Shown here piece after piece: positions 18,640 to 26,405 of a stretch of 64,000 nucleotides of DNA; positions within the stretch are counted from its first letter, which is position 1; the number at the start of each line of letters is the position of its first letter. This stretch comes from an uncultured Bacteroidales bacterium (GTDB taxonomy: Bacteria > Bacteroidota > Bacteroidia > Bacteroidales > WCHB1-69). Under the pieces are notes generated by a model. It did no database searches, was not told the origin of the DNA, and saw only the letters and a program-made list of their open reading frames with translations. Location: contig CAMVIT010000001.1 of assembly GCA_947167635.1 (NCBI GenBank), forward strand, positions 3,796 to 67,795, written 5' to 3'. Position numbers and translations under genes: made by a program.

Positions 18640-19822
18640 ACCTCCCTTGCCGCAAGTTGACGGCGGATGCATTGCCATGCACAACATCACCCAGGGACTG
18701 CTCAACAGCGGCCAGGAGGTGCGAGTGTTGGCTGTGACGACACCCAAACATCCTGTCAAGCTGGATGCTTTCCCCGAAGAATACCTGCAAAAAACGCATT
18801 TTGAGTCGGTGTTCATTGACACCACTCCGAAAATCGGCACCGCAATAGGTAGCTTGCTGCGTCGTCAGGCTTATCAGATCAGCAGGTTCTACAGCAAGGA
18901 GATGGCGGATAAACTGATTCGCATCCTCACTTCGGAATCGTTCGACATCGTTCATGTGGAATCCATCTACATGACGCCTTATATTCCCGTGGTCCGCAAG
19001 CATTCAAATGCCAAAATCGTTTTGCGAATGCACAATATAGAGCATCTGATCTGGGAACGATTGGCTTCTAACGAGCGTAATCCGTTCCGTAAGTGGATAT
19101 ATAAGACGAATTGCAACCAGCTTCGCCGCGTGGAGGAGCATATTTTGGAATCCGTGGACGGCTATATGGCCATTTCCGATCCTGATTTCAACTATTTTTT
19201 CAAAACAACGCCCAATGTCCGGGGCACCGTGGTGCCTTTTGGCATTGACATGAGGAACTACGAGGTGGAAGATGATTATATTCCCTCGGAGAAGCCCTCG
19301 CTCTTTCACATTGGCAGCATGAACTGGTCGCCCAATGTGGAGGGCATGGAGTGGTTCTTGGACGAGGTTTGGCCTGGCATCCATGAACAGCATCCAGAGC
19401 TGACCTTCACGCTTGCGGGCCGAAGCATTCCGGCGAGCATTCTCCAGCGCCACGACCCCAATGTCACCATTGCCGGGGCTGTGCCGTCAGCCAACGAATT
19501 CATGCTTGACCACGACATTATGGTCGTGCCGCTGCTCTCCGGCAGCGGCATTCGCATCAAAATTGTGGAGGCCATGGCTTTGGGCCGTGTGGTGGTCACC
19601 ACCAGTGTGGGGGCTGAAGGACTGTCTGTCGAAAACGGAAAACACCTCTTCATAGCCGATACACCGGAGGAATTTCTCGCGGTCATCGACAAATGTATTG
19701 CCACCCCTGATATTTGCACCATCATCGGCGAAAATGCCCGTGATATAATCTCTGTCAAACATAACAACAGCATTATTACCGGGAAAATGCTTGATTTTTA
19801 TCAGCAAACTCTCAATTCTTAG
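18614..19822 (+). CDS. Glycosyltransferase family 4 (GT-B fold)
   Basis: MKILQLCHKPP... start at the ATG at 18614, overlapping the preceding gene by 26 nt. C-terminal EAMALGRVVVTTSVGAEGL motif. Confidence 0.8.
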   Translation: MKILQLCHKPPLPQVDGGCIAMHNITQGLLNSGQEVRVLAVTTPKHPVKLDAFPEEYLQKTHFESVFIDTTPKIGTAIGSLLRRQAYQISRFYSKEMADKLIRILTSESFDIVHVESIYMTPYIPVVRKHSNAKIVLRMHNIEHLIWERLASNERNPFRKWIYKTNCNQLRRVEEHILESVDGYMAISDPDFNYFFKTTPNVRGTVVPFGIDMRNYEVEDDYIPSEKPSLFHIGSMNWSPNVEGMEWFLDEVWPGIHEQHPELTFTLAGRSIPASILQRHDPNVTIAGAVPSANEFMLDHDIMVVPLLSGSGIRIKIVEAMALGRVVVTTSVGAEGLSVENGKHLFIADTPEEFLAVIDKCIATPDICTIIGENARDIISVKHNNSIITGKMLDFYQQTLNS

Positions 19823-19824
19823 TC

Positions 19825-21714
19825 ATGCGATATCTTGATTCCATACATACACCCGAGGATTTGCGAAAATTGCCGGTTGAGAAGTTGCCGCAATTGTGCG
19901 ATGAGTTGCGCCAGTTCATCATAGAGCAGACGGCCCGTCATCCGGGGCATCTTGGCTCCAGCCTGGGCGTGGTGGAACTCACGGTGGCCATTCACTATGT
20001 GTTCAACACACCCGATGATCGTCTGGTATGGGACGTGGGGCATCAGGCCTACGGGCATAAGATTTTGACGGGGCGCAAGGAGGCGTTTGCCACAAATCGT
20101 TGTTACGAAGGAATCAGCGGCTTTCCGCGCCGCGAGGAGAGCGAATACGATGCTTTTGGTACCGGACACTCCTCCACCTCCATTTCCGCCGTGTTGGGCA
20201 TGGCAATGGCCTCCAAAATGGAGGGTGACAAAAAACGCAACCATATCGCGGTCATCGGCGATGGCGCCATCGGCGGCGGCATGGCTTTCGAGGCTATGAA
20301 CCAGGCCTCCTACCGCGATGTCAACATGCTCGTTATCCTCAACGACAACAAAATTTCCATTGACCAAAGCACGGGTGCCATGAGCAAATATCTGCTCTCT
20401 ATCACCACCTCGCCGGTCTATAACCGTTTTAAAAACCGCCTTTGGAATCTGTTTACCTTCAAGACCCAGCGGTCCAACAAGATTACCAATTTTTTCAGCA
20501 AGATGGGCAATGGGTTGAAAGGCTATCTGCTGGGTGGCAGCAACTTGTTCCAAAGTCTTGGTTACCGCTATTTCGGTCCGGCGGACGGGCATGATGTCGT
20601 TTCGCTGGTCAAGACCCTGCGTGGTCTCAAAAAGTTGCCGGGGCTGAAACTTTTCCATGTGCTTACTGTCAAGGGCAAAGGTTTGGACATGGCCGAGCAG
20701 CATCAAACCACCTATCATGCGCCCGGCAAATTCAATCCAGACACCGGGCAGATCATAGAACCCCATACAGAAGGCATGCCTCCAAAATATCAGGATGTTT
20801 TCGGGCATACCATACTTGAAATCGCCCGTCAAGATGAAAAAGTGGTGGGTATCACGCCCGCCATGGCCACGGGTTGCTCTCTGACCATCATGGACGAAGT
20901 GTTCCCCGAGCGCGTTTTTGACGTGGGCATTGCCGAGCAGCATGCCGTCACTTTTTCCGCCGGCTTGGCTGCCGAAGGTTATATCCCGTTCTGCAACATT
21001 TACTCTTCATTTCTGCAGCGTGGCTATGACCAGGTGATTCACGATGTGGCATTGCAGCAACTGCCTGTCATTTTCTGCATCGACCGTGCGGGGTTGGTGG
21101 GGGAGGATGGTGCCACCCATCAGGGGGCTTACGATCTGGCATTTTTGCGTGCCGTCCCCGATCTTATCATTGCCTCCCCGCTCAACGAGCATGAATTGCG
21201 CAACATGATGGTGACAGCTTACCATAATGCCAAGCAAGGAGGGTTGCCCTTTGTGGTCCGATACCCCCGTGGTCGCGGCGTTTTGGTGGATTGGCACAAC
21301 GAGCCGCAGGACATTGCCATCGGGAAAGGGCGGCTGCTCCGCGAAGGCGAGCGTCTGCTGGTATTGTCGCTCGGTCCGTTAGGCAACAACGTCTCTGCCG
21401 CGCTCGATATCCTGCAGCATGACAATATCCGCCCGGCACATGTGGACCTTCGTTTTCTCAAGCCGCTTGACGAGGAGTTGTTACGCGACTTGGCCGCACA
21501 ATATCCTGCATGGCTTACTGTGGAGGATGGCACTGAAAAGGGCGGGCTTTTTTCCGCGGTCGCTGAGTTTTTGGAAAACAACAAATTGAAGAACACGCTT
21601 TCCCACATTGCCATTCCCGATCGTTTCATAGCGCATGGGGACATTCCCAGCATTTATCATGAAGTGGGTTTCGGGGTGGACGATATGGTGAGAAGAGTCC
21701 GGGAGATCAGTTAA
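19825..21714 (+). CDS. dxs: 1-deoxy-D-xylulose-5-phosphate synthase
   Basis: 629 aa. N-terminal LDSIHTPEDLRKL, GHSSTSISA, the GDGAIGGGMAFEA ThDP motif and full Dxs architecture. Confidence 0.92.
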   Translation: MRYLDSIHTPEDLRKLPVEKLPQLCDELRQFIIEQTARHPGHLGSSLGVVELTVAIHYVFNTPDDRLVWDVGHQAYGHKILTGRKEAFATNRCYEGISGFPRREESEYDAFGTGHSSTSISAVLGMAMASKMEGDKKRNHIAVIGDGAIGGGMAFEAMNQASYRDVNMLVILNDNKISIDQSTGAMSKYLLSITTSPVYNRFKNRLWNLFTFKTQRSNKITNFFSKMGNGLKGYLLGGSNLFQSLGYRYFGPADGHDVVSLVKTLRGLKKLPGLKLFHVLTVKGKGLDMAEQHQTTYHAPGKFNPDTGQIIEPHTEGMPPKYQDVFGHTILEIARQDEKVVGITPAMATGCSLTIMDEVFPERVFDVGIAEQHAVTFSAGLAAEGYIPFCNIYSSFLQRGYDQVIHDVALQQLPVIFCIDRAGLVGEDGATHQGAYDLAFLRAVPDLIIASPLNEHELRNMMVTAYHNAKQGGLPFVVRYPRGRGVLVDWHNEPQDIAIGKGRLLREGERLLVLSLGPLGNNVSAALDILQHDNIRPAHVDLRFLKPLDEELLRDLAAQYPAWLTVEDGTEKGGLFSAVAEFLENNKLKNTLSHIAIPDRFIAHGDIPSIYHEVGFGVDDMVRRVREIS

Positions 21715-21719
21715 ACGAA

Positions 21720-22742
21720 CTATTTCATCAAGAACGGGAACTTGTCGAAGTTCTTGAGGGCGATAGCCGTACCGCGGGCGACGGCCTTGAGGGGGTCTTC
21801 GGCCACATGGACCTTCAGTGTCGTTTTGCGGGAAATACGCTTGTCAAGTCCGCGCAGGAGGGAGCCGCCGCCGGCCAGGTAGATGCCGGTTTTGTAAATA
21901 TCGGCAGACAGTTCGGGCGGGGTTTTCTCCAGGGCGTTGTTGACGGCCGTTTCGATGAGGGCGATGGAGCCGTCGAGGGCTTGTGCGATCTCGCGGTGGC
22001 TGACCTTGACGGCCACAGGGATTCCGTGGACGAGGTCGCGGCCATACACTTCATAGTCGGCAGGAGGATTTTCGATATCTTCAAGTGCGGAGCCCACGTT
22101 GATTTTGATTTGCTCGGCTGTAGCCACGCCGATGGCAATATTGTGGGTTTTGCGCATATAATTGATAATGTCATTGTTGAAACGGTCGCCAGCCACCTTG
22201 ACGGAGGTGCTGGTGGTGATGCCGCCGAGGGCTATGACGGCAATCTCGCTTGTGCCGCCACCGATGTCGATGACCATGTTGCCGTTGGCATCCAGCACGT
22301 CGATGCCGATGCCGATGGCAGCGGCCATAGGCTCATGGATCATGCGGACCTCCTTGGCCCCGGCCTGCTCGGCAGAGTCGCGCACGGCACGCTCCTCCAC
22401 CTCCGTGATGCCGGAGGGGATACAAATCACCATCTTGAGGGCGGGAGGGAAGAAATATCCCTTGGAACCCGTCATCTTGATGAACTCGCGCAACATCATC
22501 TCTGTGCCTTGGAAGTCGGCAATGACGCCATCACGCAGGGGACGTGTGGTGATGATGCCCGGCGGCGTACGCCCTTCCATCATCAATGCCTTTTTGCCTA
22601 CGGCCTTCACAGACTTGGTCTTTGTGTCTATGGCGATGATAGACGGCTCATCTACAACAACTTGGTTGTTGTGCAAAATCACGGTGTTCGCCGTGCCCAA
22701 GTCTATGGCTATCTCCTTTGTGAAAAACGAAAATAATCCCAT
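21720..22742 (-). CDS. mreB: Rod-shape-determining actin homologue MreB
   Basis: AIDLGTANT and DIGGGTSEIAV phosphate motifs, ~340 aa. Start moved to the ATG at 22742 (MGLFSFF...). No mreC or mreD lies downstream. Confidence 0.9.
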   Translation of the reverse strand: MGLFSFFTKEIAIDLGTANTVILHNNQVVVDEPSIIAIDTKTKSVKAVGKKALMMEGRTPPGIITTRPLRDGVIADFQGTEMMLREFIKMTGSKGYFFPPALKMVICIPSGITEVEERAVRDSAEQAGAKEVRMIHEPMAAAIGIGIDVLDANGNMVIDIGGGTSEIAVIALGGITTSTSVKVAGDRFNNDIINYMRKTHNIAIGVATAEQIKINVGSALEDIENPPADYEVYGRDLVHGIPVAVKVSHREIAQALDGSIALIETAVNNALEKTPPELSADIYKTGIYLAGGGSLLRGLDKRISRKTTLKVHVAEDPLKAVARGTAIALKNFDKFPFLMK

Positions 22743-22761
22743 ATCTATAAAATTAAGTTTG

Positions 22762-22769
22762 CAAAAGTA
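22762..22769 (-). promoter_or_regulatory. -7 box (TACTTTTG) for mreB
   Basis: Minus-strand TAnnTTTG match 20 nt upstream of the mreB ATG. Confidence 0.45.
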
Positions 22770-22823
22770 CAAAATAATCATTTCTTATACGATATTATTT
22801 TTCGTTTGGTTACACTTTTTTTG

Positions 22824-22831
22824 TACTTTTG
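22824..22831 (+). promoter_or_regulatory. -7 box (TACTTTTG) for the SPOR-domain gene
   Basis: TACTTTTGCCG 15 nt upstream of the ATG at 22846, divergent from the mreB promoter. Confidence 0.45.
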
Positions 22832-22845
22832 CCGAAAATATTTTT

Positions 22846-23238
22846 ATGAGACACTTTATCGTAACATTGGTCCTGATAATCAGTTGTGTACACTGTATGG
22901 CGCAAAACTCTGTGCATTACAGCGTGGAGCCTGCCATTGCCAACATCCAGGATGATTATGTGCGCACATGGAGGCGTCTGGGCGAGATGAACGGCTATCG
23001 CATTCAAATCGCGGCGGTTACGGGCACCAATTCGAAAAGTACGGCTGAAAGCGAGCGTTATCTTTTTCAAAGCCGATACCCGGATATTCCCGCCTACATC
23101 TCTTATATGGAGCCCTATTTCAGAATCAGGGTGGGCAATTTCGCCTCCCGGCTCGATGCCTACTTCGCCCTGCAGGAGATCATCTCCCTGTATCCGAATG
23201 CCTATATTATTCCGGATAAGATTACATATTCAAATTAG
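22846..23238 (+). CDS. SPOR-domain (peptidoglycan-binding) protein
   Basis: 130 aa with a signal peptide. The C-terminal GYRIQIAAV...YFRIRVGNFASRLDAYFAL pattern is typical of SPOR repeats. Only the 3' third of track ORF 22162..23238 is kept; the rest is antisense to mreB. Confidence 0.65.
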   Translation: MRHFIVTLVLIISCVHCMAQNSVHYSVEPAIANIQDDYVRTWRRLGEMNGYRIQIAAVTGTNSKSTAESERYLFQSRYPDIPAYISYMEPYFRIRVGNFASRLDAYFALQEIISLYPNAYIIPDKITYSN

Positions 23239-23276
23239 TGATTAGTGAAGAGTGATCAGTGAACAGTGATCAGGGA
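23237..23276 (+). repeat. Heptad tandem repeat (AGTGANN) x5 plus one degenerate unit
   Basis: AGTGA occurs at 23237, 23244, 23251, 23258 and 23265, and AGGGA at 23272, with an exact 7-nt period. The repeat begins inside the SPOR gene stop codon. Confidence 0.8.
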
Positions 23277-23335
23277 TTATTTCCAACAGCCATCAGCTAT
23301 TCGCTTTAACTATAAATTCTTAACTCTATTTGAGC

Positions 23336-23700
23336 AGCCCCGTTAGGGGCTAGAGTTCGGTAGAAATGGGACGGTGCGCGGGAAAATCGCGGCGCGGGAG
23401 AGGGTTGAGACGAGGGTGTTCGTTGCTCGCCGCGAAGCGGGTTTGGGGTTCGACGAGCTTGCGTGAGGGATTGAAGCGGGAATGATTTTGGCGGGAATGC
23501 GTTCCCTGCGAGACGGAGGTTCCGTTTGACGCTTCGTGTCTCGCGGAATGATGGTGGGTTCTATGCCAAAATCATTAGAGCGGAAAGCCCGACGGCGCGA
23601 CGGCATTTGATTGCGTGCGCAATTACGGATGCATTTCCGTGCCGCCGCGCCGGCACGCCCAAATAAAAAAAAGAAGCAAAAGCCCTGATTTGTACCATCA
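23336..23700 (+). repeat. Copy 1 of a GC-rich ~314-nt repeated non-coding element (candidate structured RNA), with an upstream GTTA-loop hairpin
   Basis: 23387-23700 aligns colinearly with 44433-44746. I hand-counted about 20 differences over the first ~220 nt. Conserved long-range stems are present. A 1-nt indel breaks the minus-strand ORFs that cross it. A hairpin AGCCCC-GTTA-GGGGCT sits at 23336-23351. Confidence 0.75.
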
Positions 23701-23757
23701 AGTGTATAAGGAACTATCTTTTTCCAAAAAAAGCAACCATCGTGTCGGATAATTCAT

Positions 23758-23765
23758 TATTTTTG
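23758..23765 (+). promoter_or_regulatory. Candidate -7 box (TATTTTTG) for folD
   Basis: Exact TAnnTTTG match about 97 nt upstream of the folD ATG. Confidence 0.35.
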
Positions 23766-23861
23766 CTTCGCGAAAATGGGCTGCACTCGGCATAATTCAA
23801 GCAAGCTTGACTCTGCTCTCGTTTGCACCATTTTTGCGGTCGTGAAACTAAACTAACAGAT

Positions 23862-24719
23862 ATGAAAATCATAGACGGAAAGGCTTGTGCACAACAGATC
23901 AAAGAAGAAATCACCCGAGAGGTGGGATCCATCAAGGCGCGAGGCTTGCGTGTCCCGCGGTTGGACATCATACTGGTGGGAGATCGCCCCGACAGTCTCT
24001 CATACGTTCGCAGCAAGGCCAATACTTGCCGCTCGCTCGGCATGGATTGCCAGACGTACTTGTTGCCGGTTGACACGCCTGAAGCAGACCTATACGGCCT
24101 TGTGGATCGGCTCAACCACGACAGTGACGTTGATGCGATTCTGATACAGTTGCCCTTGCCGGATCACTACGACAGTGCGCGCATCCTTGATTCCATCGAC
24201 TATCGCAAGGATGCCGACGGTCTTCATTTGATGAATGTAGGGTTGCTTCACCTTGGCGAGCCTTATGTGATGCCGTGTACCCCCAAGGGTATCCTCACGC
24301 TGCTTTCCACCAACGGCATTGAGGTGGCCGGCCGTCATGCCGTTGTCGTTGGACGCAGCCAGCTGGTGGGCGAGCCCACCGCGCAGTTGCTCATCCGCAA
24401 AAACGCCACCGTCACCCTTTGCCACTCCCATACCCGCAATTTGCCGGAGCTCACCCGTCTCGGCGACATTGTCATCACTGCCGCCGGCCATCCGGGTTTA
24501 TTGCAGCCGGAAGACCTCAAAGAGGGTGCTGTGCTCATTGATGTGGCCATCAACCGCACGGAAGAGGGCCTTGTGGGGGATGTTTACAGTCCCGCCACAC
24601 GCGATGCCTTGGAAAAACGCCTCAGCGCGGCCACGCCCGTGCCCGGCGGTGTCGGCCCCATGACCATCGCCATGCTCATGAACAATGTGCTGGATATGTA
24701 CAAACACAAAAACGGGTAA
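23862..24719 (+). CDS. folD: Bifunctional methylenetetrahydrofolate dehydrogenase/cyclohydrolase
   Basis: MKIIDGKACAQQIKEEI start at the ATG at 23862. Contains YVRSK, ILIQLPLP, PCTPKG, VVGRSQLVG and TPVPGGVGPMT blocks. Confidence 0.92.
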   Translation: MKIIDGKACAQQIKEEITREVGSIKARGLRVPRLDIILVGDRPDSLSYVRSKANTCRSLGMDCQTYLLPVDTPEADLYGLVDRLNHDSDVDAILIQLPLPDHYDSARILDSIDYRKDADGLHLMNVGLLHLGEPYVMPCTPKGILTLLSTNGIEVAGRHAVVVGRSQLVGEPTAQLLIRKNATVTLCHSHTRNLPELTRLGDIVITAAGHPGLLQPEDLKEGAVLIDVAINRTEEGLVGDVYSPATRDALEKRLSAATPVPGGVGPMTIAMLMNNVLDMYKHKNG

Positions 24720-24728
24720 ACCGCGCGA

Positions 24729-26015
24729 TTATTTCGAGTAATATTCAATCACCTCCACCAGCACTTTGTGGCAGACGGGGCAGAAGTCGTCGTACCGGAT
24801 CTGGTGCATGGTGCAGTGCAGTGCGGGGCGATACACGCCCTTGGCCACATAGCCGCCGCCCTCATAGACACCCAACCGATTGAAATCGGGGTCGTTCTCC
24901 TGCACTTCGGGGGTGGGCACGGGGGTGTCGTCGGACAGCATGGATTTCCACTTGGCGTCGAAGTTCACCAGGGTGGTCACATTCGGCTCCACGGGTTCCA
25001 CTCCTTCGGGGTAGAAGTCCTGCACGGAGACATCGGAAGTGTAGTATTCGTCGGCTAATCCGCCAATGAGATGGCCCATTTCGTGTACGATGACATAGTC
25101 GGGGTAGTCGCCGTGGTTATAGACGGTGCAGTAGAAGTTATAGATGCCGCCGCCGCCATATTTCTCGCTGTTGCAGATGATGACAATGGCGTCGTAGGGC
25201 GCGTCGTCGGCCACGTCCTGCATGTGCCAGACCCCGAGGCACATCAGGTAGCGGTCGAGGTCGAGCGCGTTGTAGGCGCAGTTCAGCAGCGTGTTCACAT
25301 GGAAGTTGTTCTGCGGCTGTGAGATGCCCGACTGCTCGGAGTAGCCTTCGATGGCGCGGATGTTCACCTTGTCGGCCATGTCTTTGTATGGCGAGCAGTT
25401 CATCACGTATGAGGCGAAGCGCTTCATGTCGTGTTTCAGCACTTTCTTGTCTTTTTTGGAATAGCCGTCGGGAATGAAGAGGATGTCAATGGCCTTGTCG
25501 GGCGTGTTGCCCTTGTGGAGCGTCATCACCTTGTAGTCTTTTTTCATCGGCTGGGTGGGGGTGGTGCGCGGGTTGTAGTAGCCGTCGTATAGCACTTCCG
25601 AGTTGCGTTTGCGGTCGTAGGAGGTGAACTTCAGCCGCACAGTGTTCTTGGGATAGGGAATGTTGACGCTCTCCTCCATTCTCGCCACCTCGGTCTTGGC
25701 GCGCTCGGTGGTCTTGTATTCCGTGAAGAGACAGGAGTAGCTGCGGCTGTAGATCAGCTTGTTGGTGAGGGAGTCGAAAACCTCGACGGCAATGTCGCCG
25801 TAGAAGTTGGGTTCGATGAGGAAGGAGCGGGTGCCGCTCCAGACGCCGCCGGCGGTATAGTGGTGGATTTCCATCGATTCAGACTGATGGTCACCGATAT
25901 GGAGGTAATTCACCCGCAAGGTGCGGTCAATGAAGTAGTCATCGAAATGTTGGGCGAAAGCGGGAATGGTCAGAATCATGGCCAACAGGGTCAGAATCAG
26001 GAGGTTCTTTCTCAT
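24729..26015 (-). CDS. M64-family (IgA-peptidase-like) zinc metallopeptidase
   Basis: 428 aa with a signal peptide and the HEMGHLIGGLADEY zinc motif characteristic of peptidase M64. Confidence 0.75.
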   Translation of the reverse strand: MRKNLLILTLLAMILTIPAFAQHFDDYFIDRTLRVNYLHIGDHQSESMEIHHYTAGGVWSGTRSFLIEPNFYGDIAVEVFDSLTNKLIYSRSYSCLFTEYKTTERAKTEVARMEESVNIPYPKNTVRLKFTSYDRKRNSEVLYDGYYNPRTTPTQPMKKDYKVMTLHKGNTPDKAIDILFIPDGYSKKDKKVLKHDMKRFASYVMNCSPYKDMADKVNIRAIEGYSEQSGISQPQNNFHVNTLLNCAYNALDLDRYLMCLGVWHMQDVADDAPYDAIVIICNSEKYGGGGIYNFYCTVYNHGDYPDYVIVHEMGHLIGGLADEYYTSDVSVQDFYPEGVEPVEPNVTTLVNFDAKWKSMLSDDTPVPTPEVQENDPDFNRLGVYEGGGYVAKGVYRPALHCTMHQIRYDDFCPVCHKVLVEVIEYYSK

Positions 26016-26060
26016 TGTATCTTTTTTTTCTTATGGATGGTTTTCTATTGTTTTTTTTAC

Positions 26061-26068
26061 TACTTTTG
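26061..26068 (+). promoter_or_regulatory. -7 box (TACTTTTG) for tRNA-Thr
   Basis: TACTTTTGCGGCC ends 15 nt before the first tRNA nucleotide. Confidence 0.5.
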
Positions 26069-26082
26069 CGGCCTCAAAAAAA

Positions 26083-26155
<73 letters not shown>

Positions 26156-26159
26156 CTCA

Positions 26160-26186
26160 AGGCGGTCAAATCAACCGCCTTTTTTT
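26160..26186 (+). terminator. Rho-independent terminator after tRNA-Thr
   Basis: AGGCGGT-CAAATCA-ACCGCCT followed by TTTTTT. Confidence 0.75.
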
Positions 26187-26297
26187 GTCGGTCGTGGATT
26201 TATAATCAGCGGCAAAGGTACAATTTTTTAGCTGAAATACCATCCTATAAAATTAAATTTGTTATCGTATCATTTTTGTGATTTGTGCAAATTGTGC

Positions 26298-26370
26298 AAC
26301 CCCTAACGGGATTGTGGGGGGAGCGGGGATATTACCCTCATCTACAGATATGGAAGCCCTAACGGGCTTC
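26298..26370 (-). repeat. Two CCC-GTTA-GGG hairpins (read on the minus strand), related to the hairpin at 23336
   Basis: On the plus strand: AACCCC-TAAC-GGGATT (26298-26313, one mismatch) and GAAGCCC-TAAC-GGGCTTC (26353-26370, perfect 7 bp). They lie just downstream of the minus-strand kinase gene. Confidence 0.6.
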
Positions 26371-26405
26371 TGCGGAACGGGCACCGAGGAAAAATCGATC
26401 CTCCT

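Noticed and set aside
22162-22845. The N-terminal 228 codons of the 358-aa track ORF 22162..23238.
   Set aside because: This part is antisense to mreB and has biased composition. A -7 box at 22824-22831 and a signal-peptide start at the ATG at 22846 define the real, shorter SPOR-domain gene.
23237-23276. The heptad array considered as a CRISPR-like or minisatellite array.
   Set aside because: The units are 7 nt with 2-nt variable positions, far too short for CRISPR repeats and spacers. No cas genes or leader are present. It is kept only as an unexplained tandem repeat.
23343-23606. An 87-aa minus-strand ORF across repeat copy 1 and an 83-aa ORF across copy 2 (44402-44653). They share an MP(S/P)RRRAFR(S/C)NDFG N-terminus, which suggested a small conserved protein.
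   Set aside because: A 1-nt indel between the copies shifts the frame after about 33 codons, so the downstream peptides are unrelated. Arg/Pro/Ser-rich composition is what a GC-rich non-coding sequence yields. G-U-type substitutions favour function on the opposite (plus) strand.
23387-23700. The repeat pair as template and variable repeats of a diversity-generating retroelement, or as a retron msr/msd.
   Set aside because: The differences between copies are not adenine-specific (G to A, T to C, T to G, C to T and others all occur). Neither copy lies inside a target ORF, and no reverse transcriptase is present in the window.
23766-23861. A possible ZTP (pfl) or THF riboswitch in the ~97-nt folD leader. 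GCGGTCGTGAAAC is reminiscent of the GGGUCGUGAC of the pfl motif.
   Set aside because: The second pfl subdomain (CCGCCUGGGC-type pseudoknot partner) is absent before the start codon. No THF-riboswitch-like conserved core is visible either. The resemblance is limited to about 9 nt.
26213-26220. A minus-strand TAnnTTTG match (TACCTTTG) in the tRNA-Thr/kinase spacer.
   Set aside because: It would fire into the tRNA terminator and antisense to the tRNA, and no ORF or conserved element lies downstream. It is likely a chance match, although an antisense or small RNA cannot be excluded without expression data.
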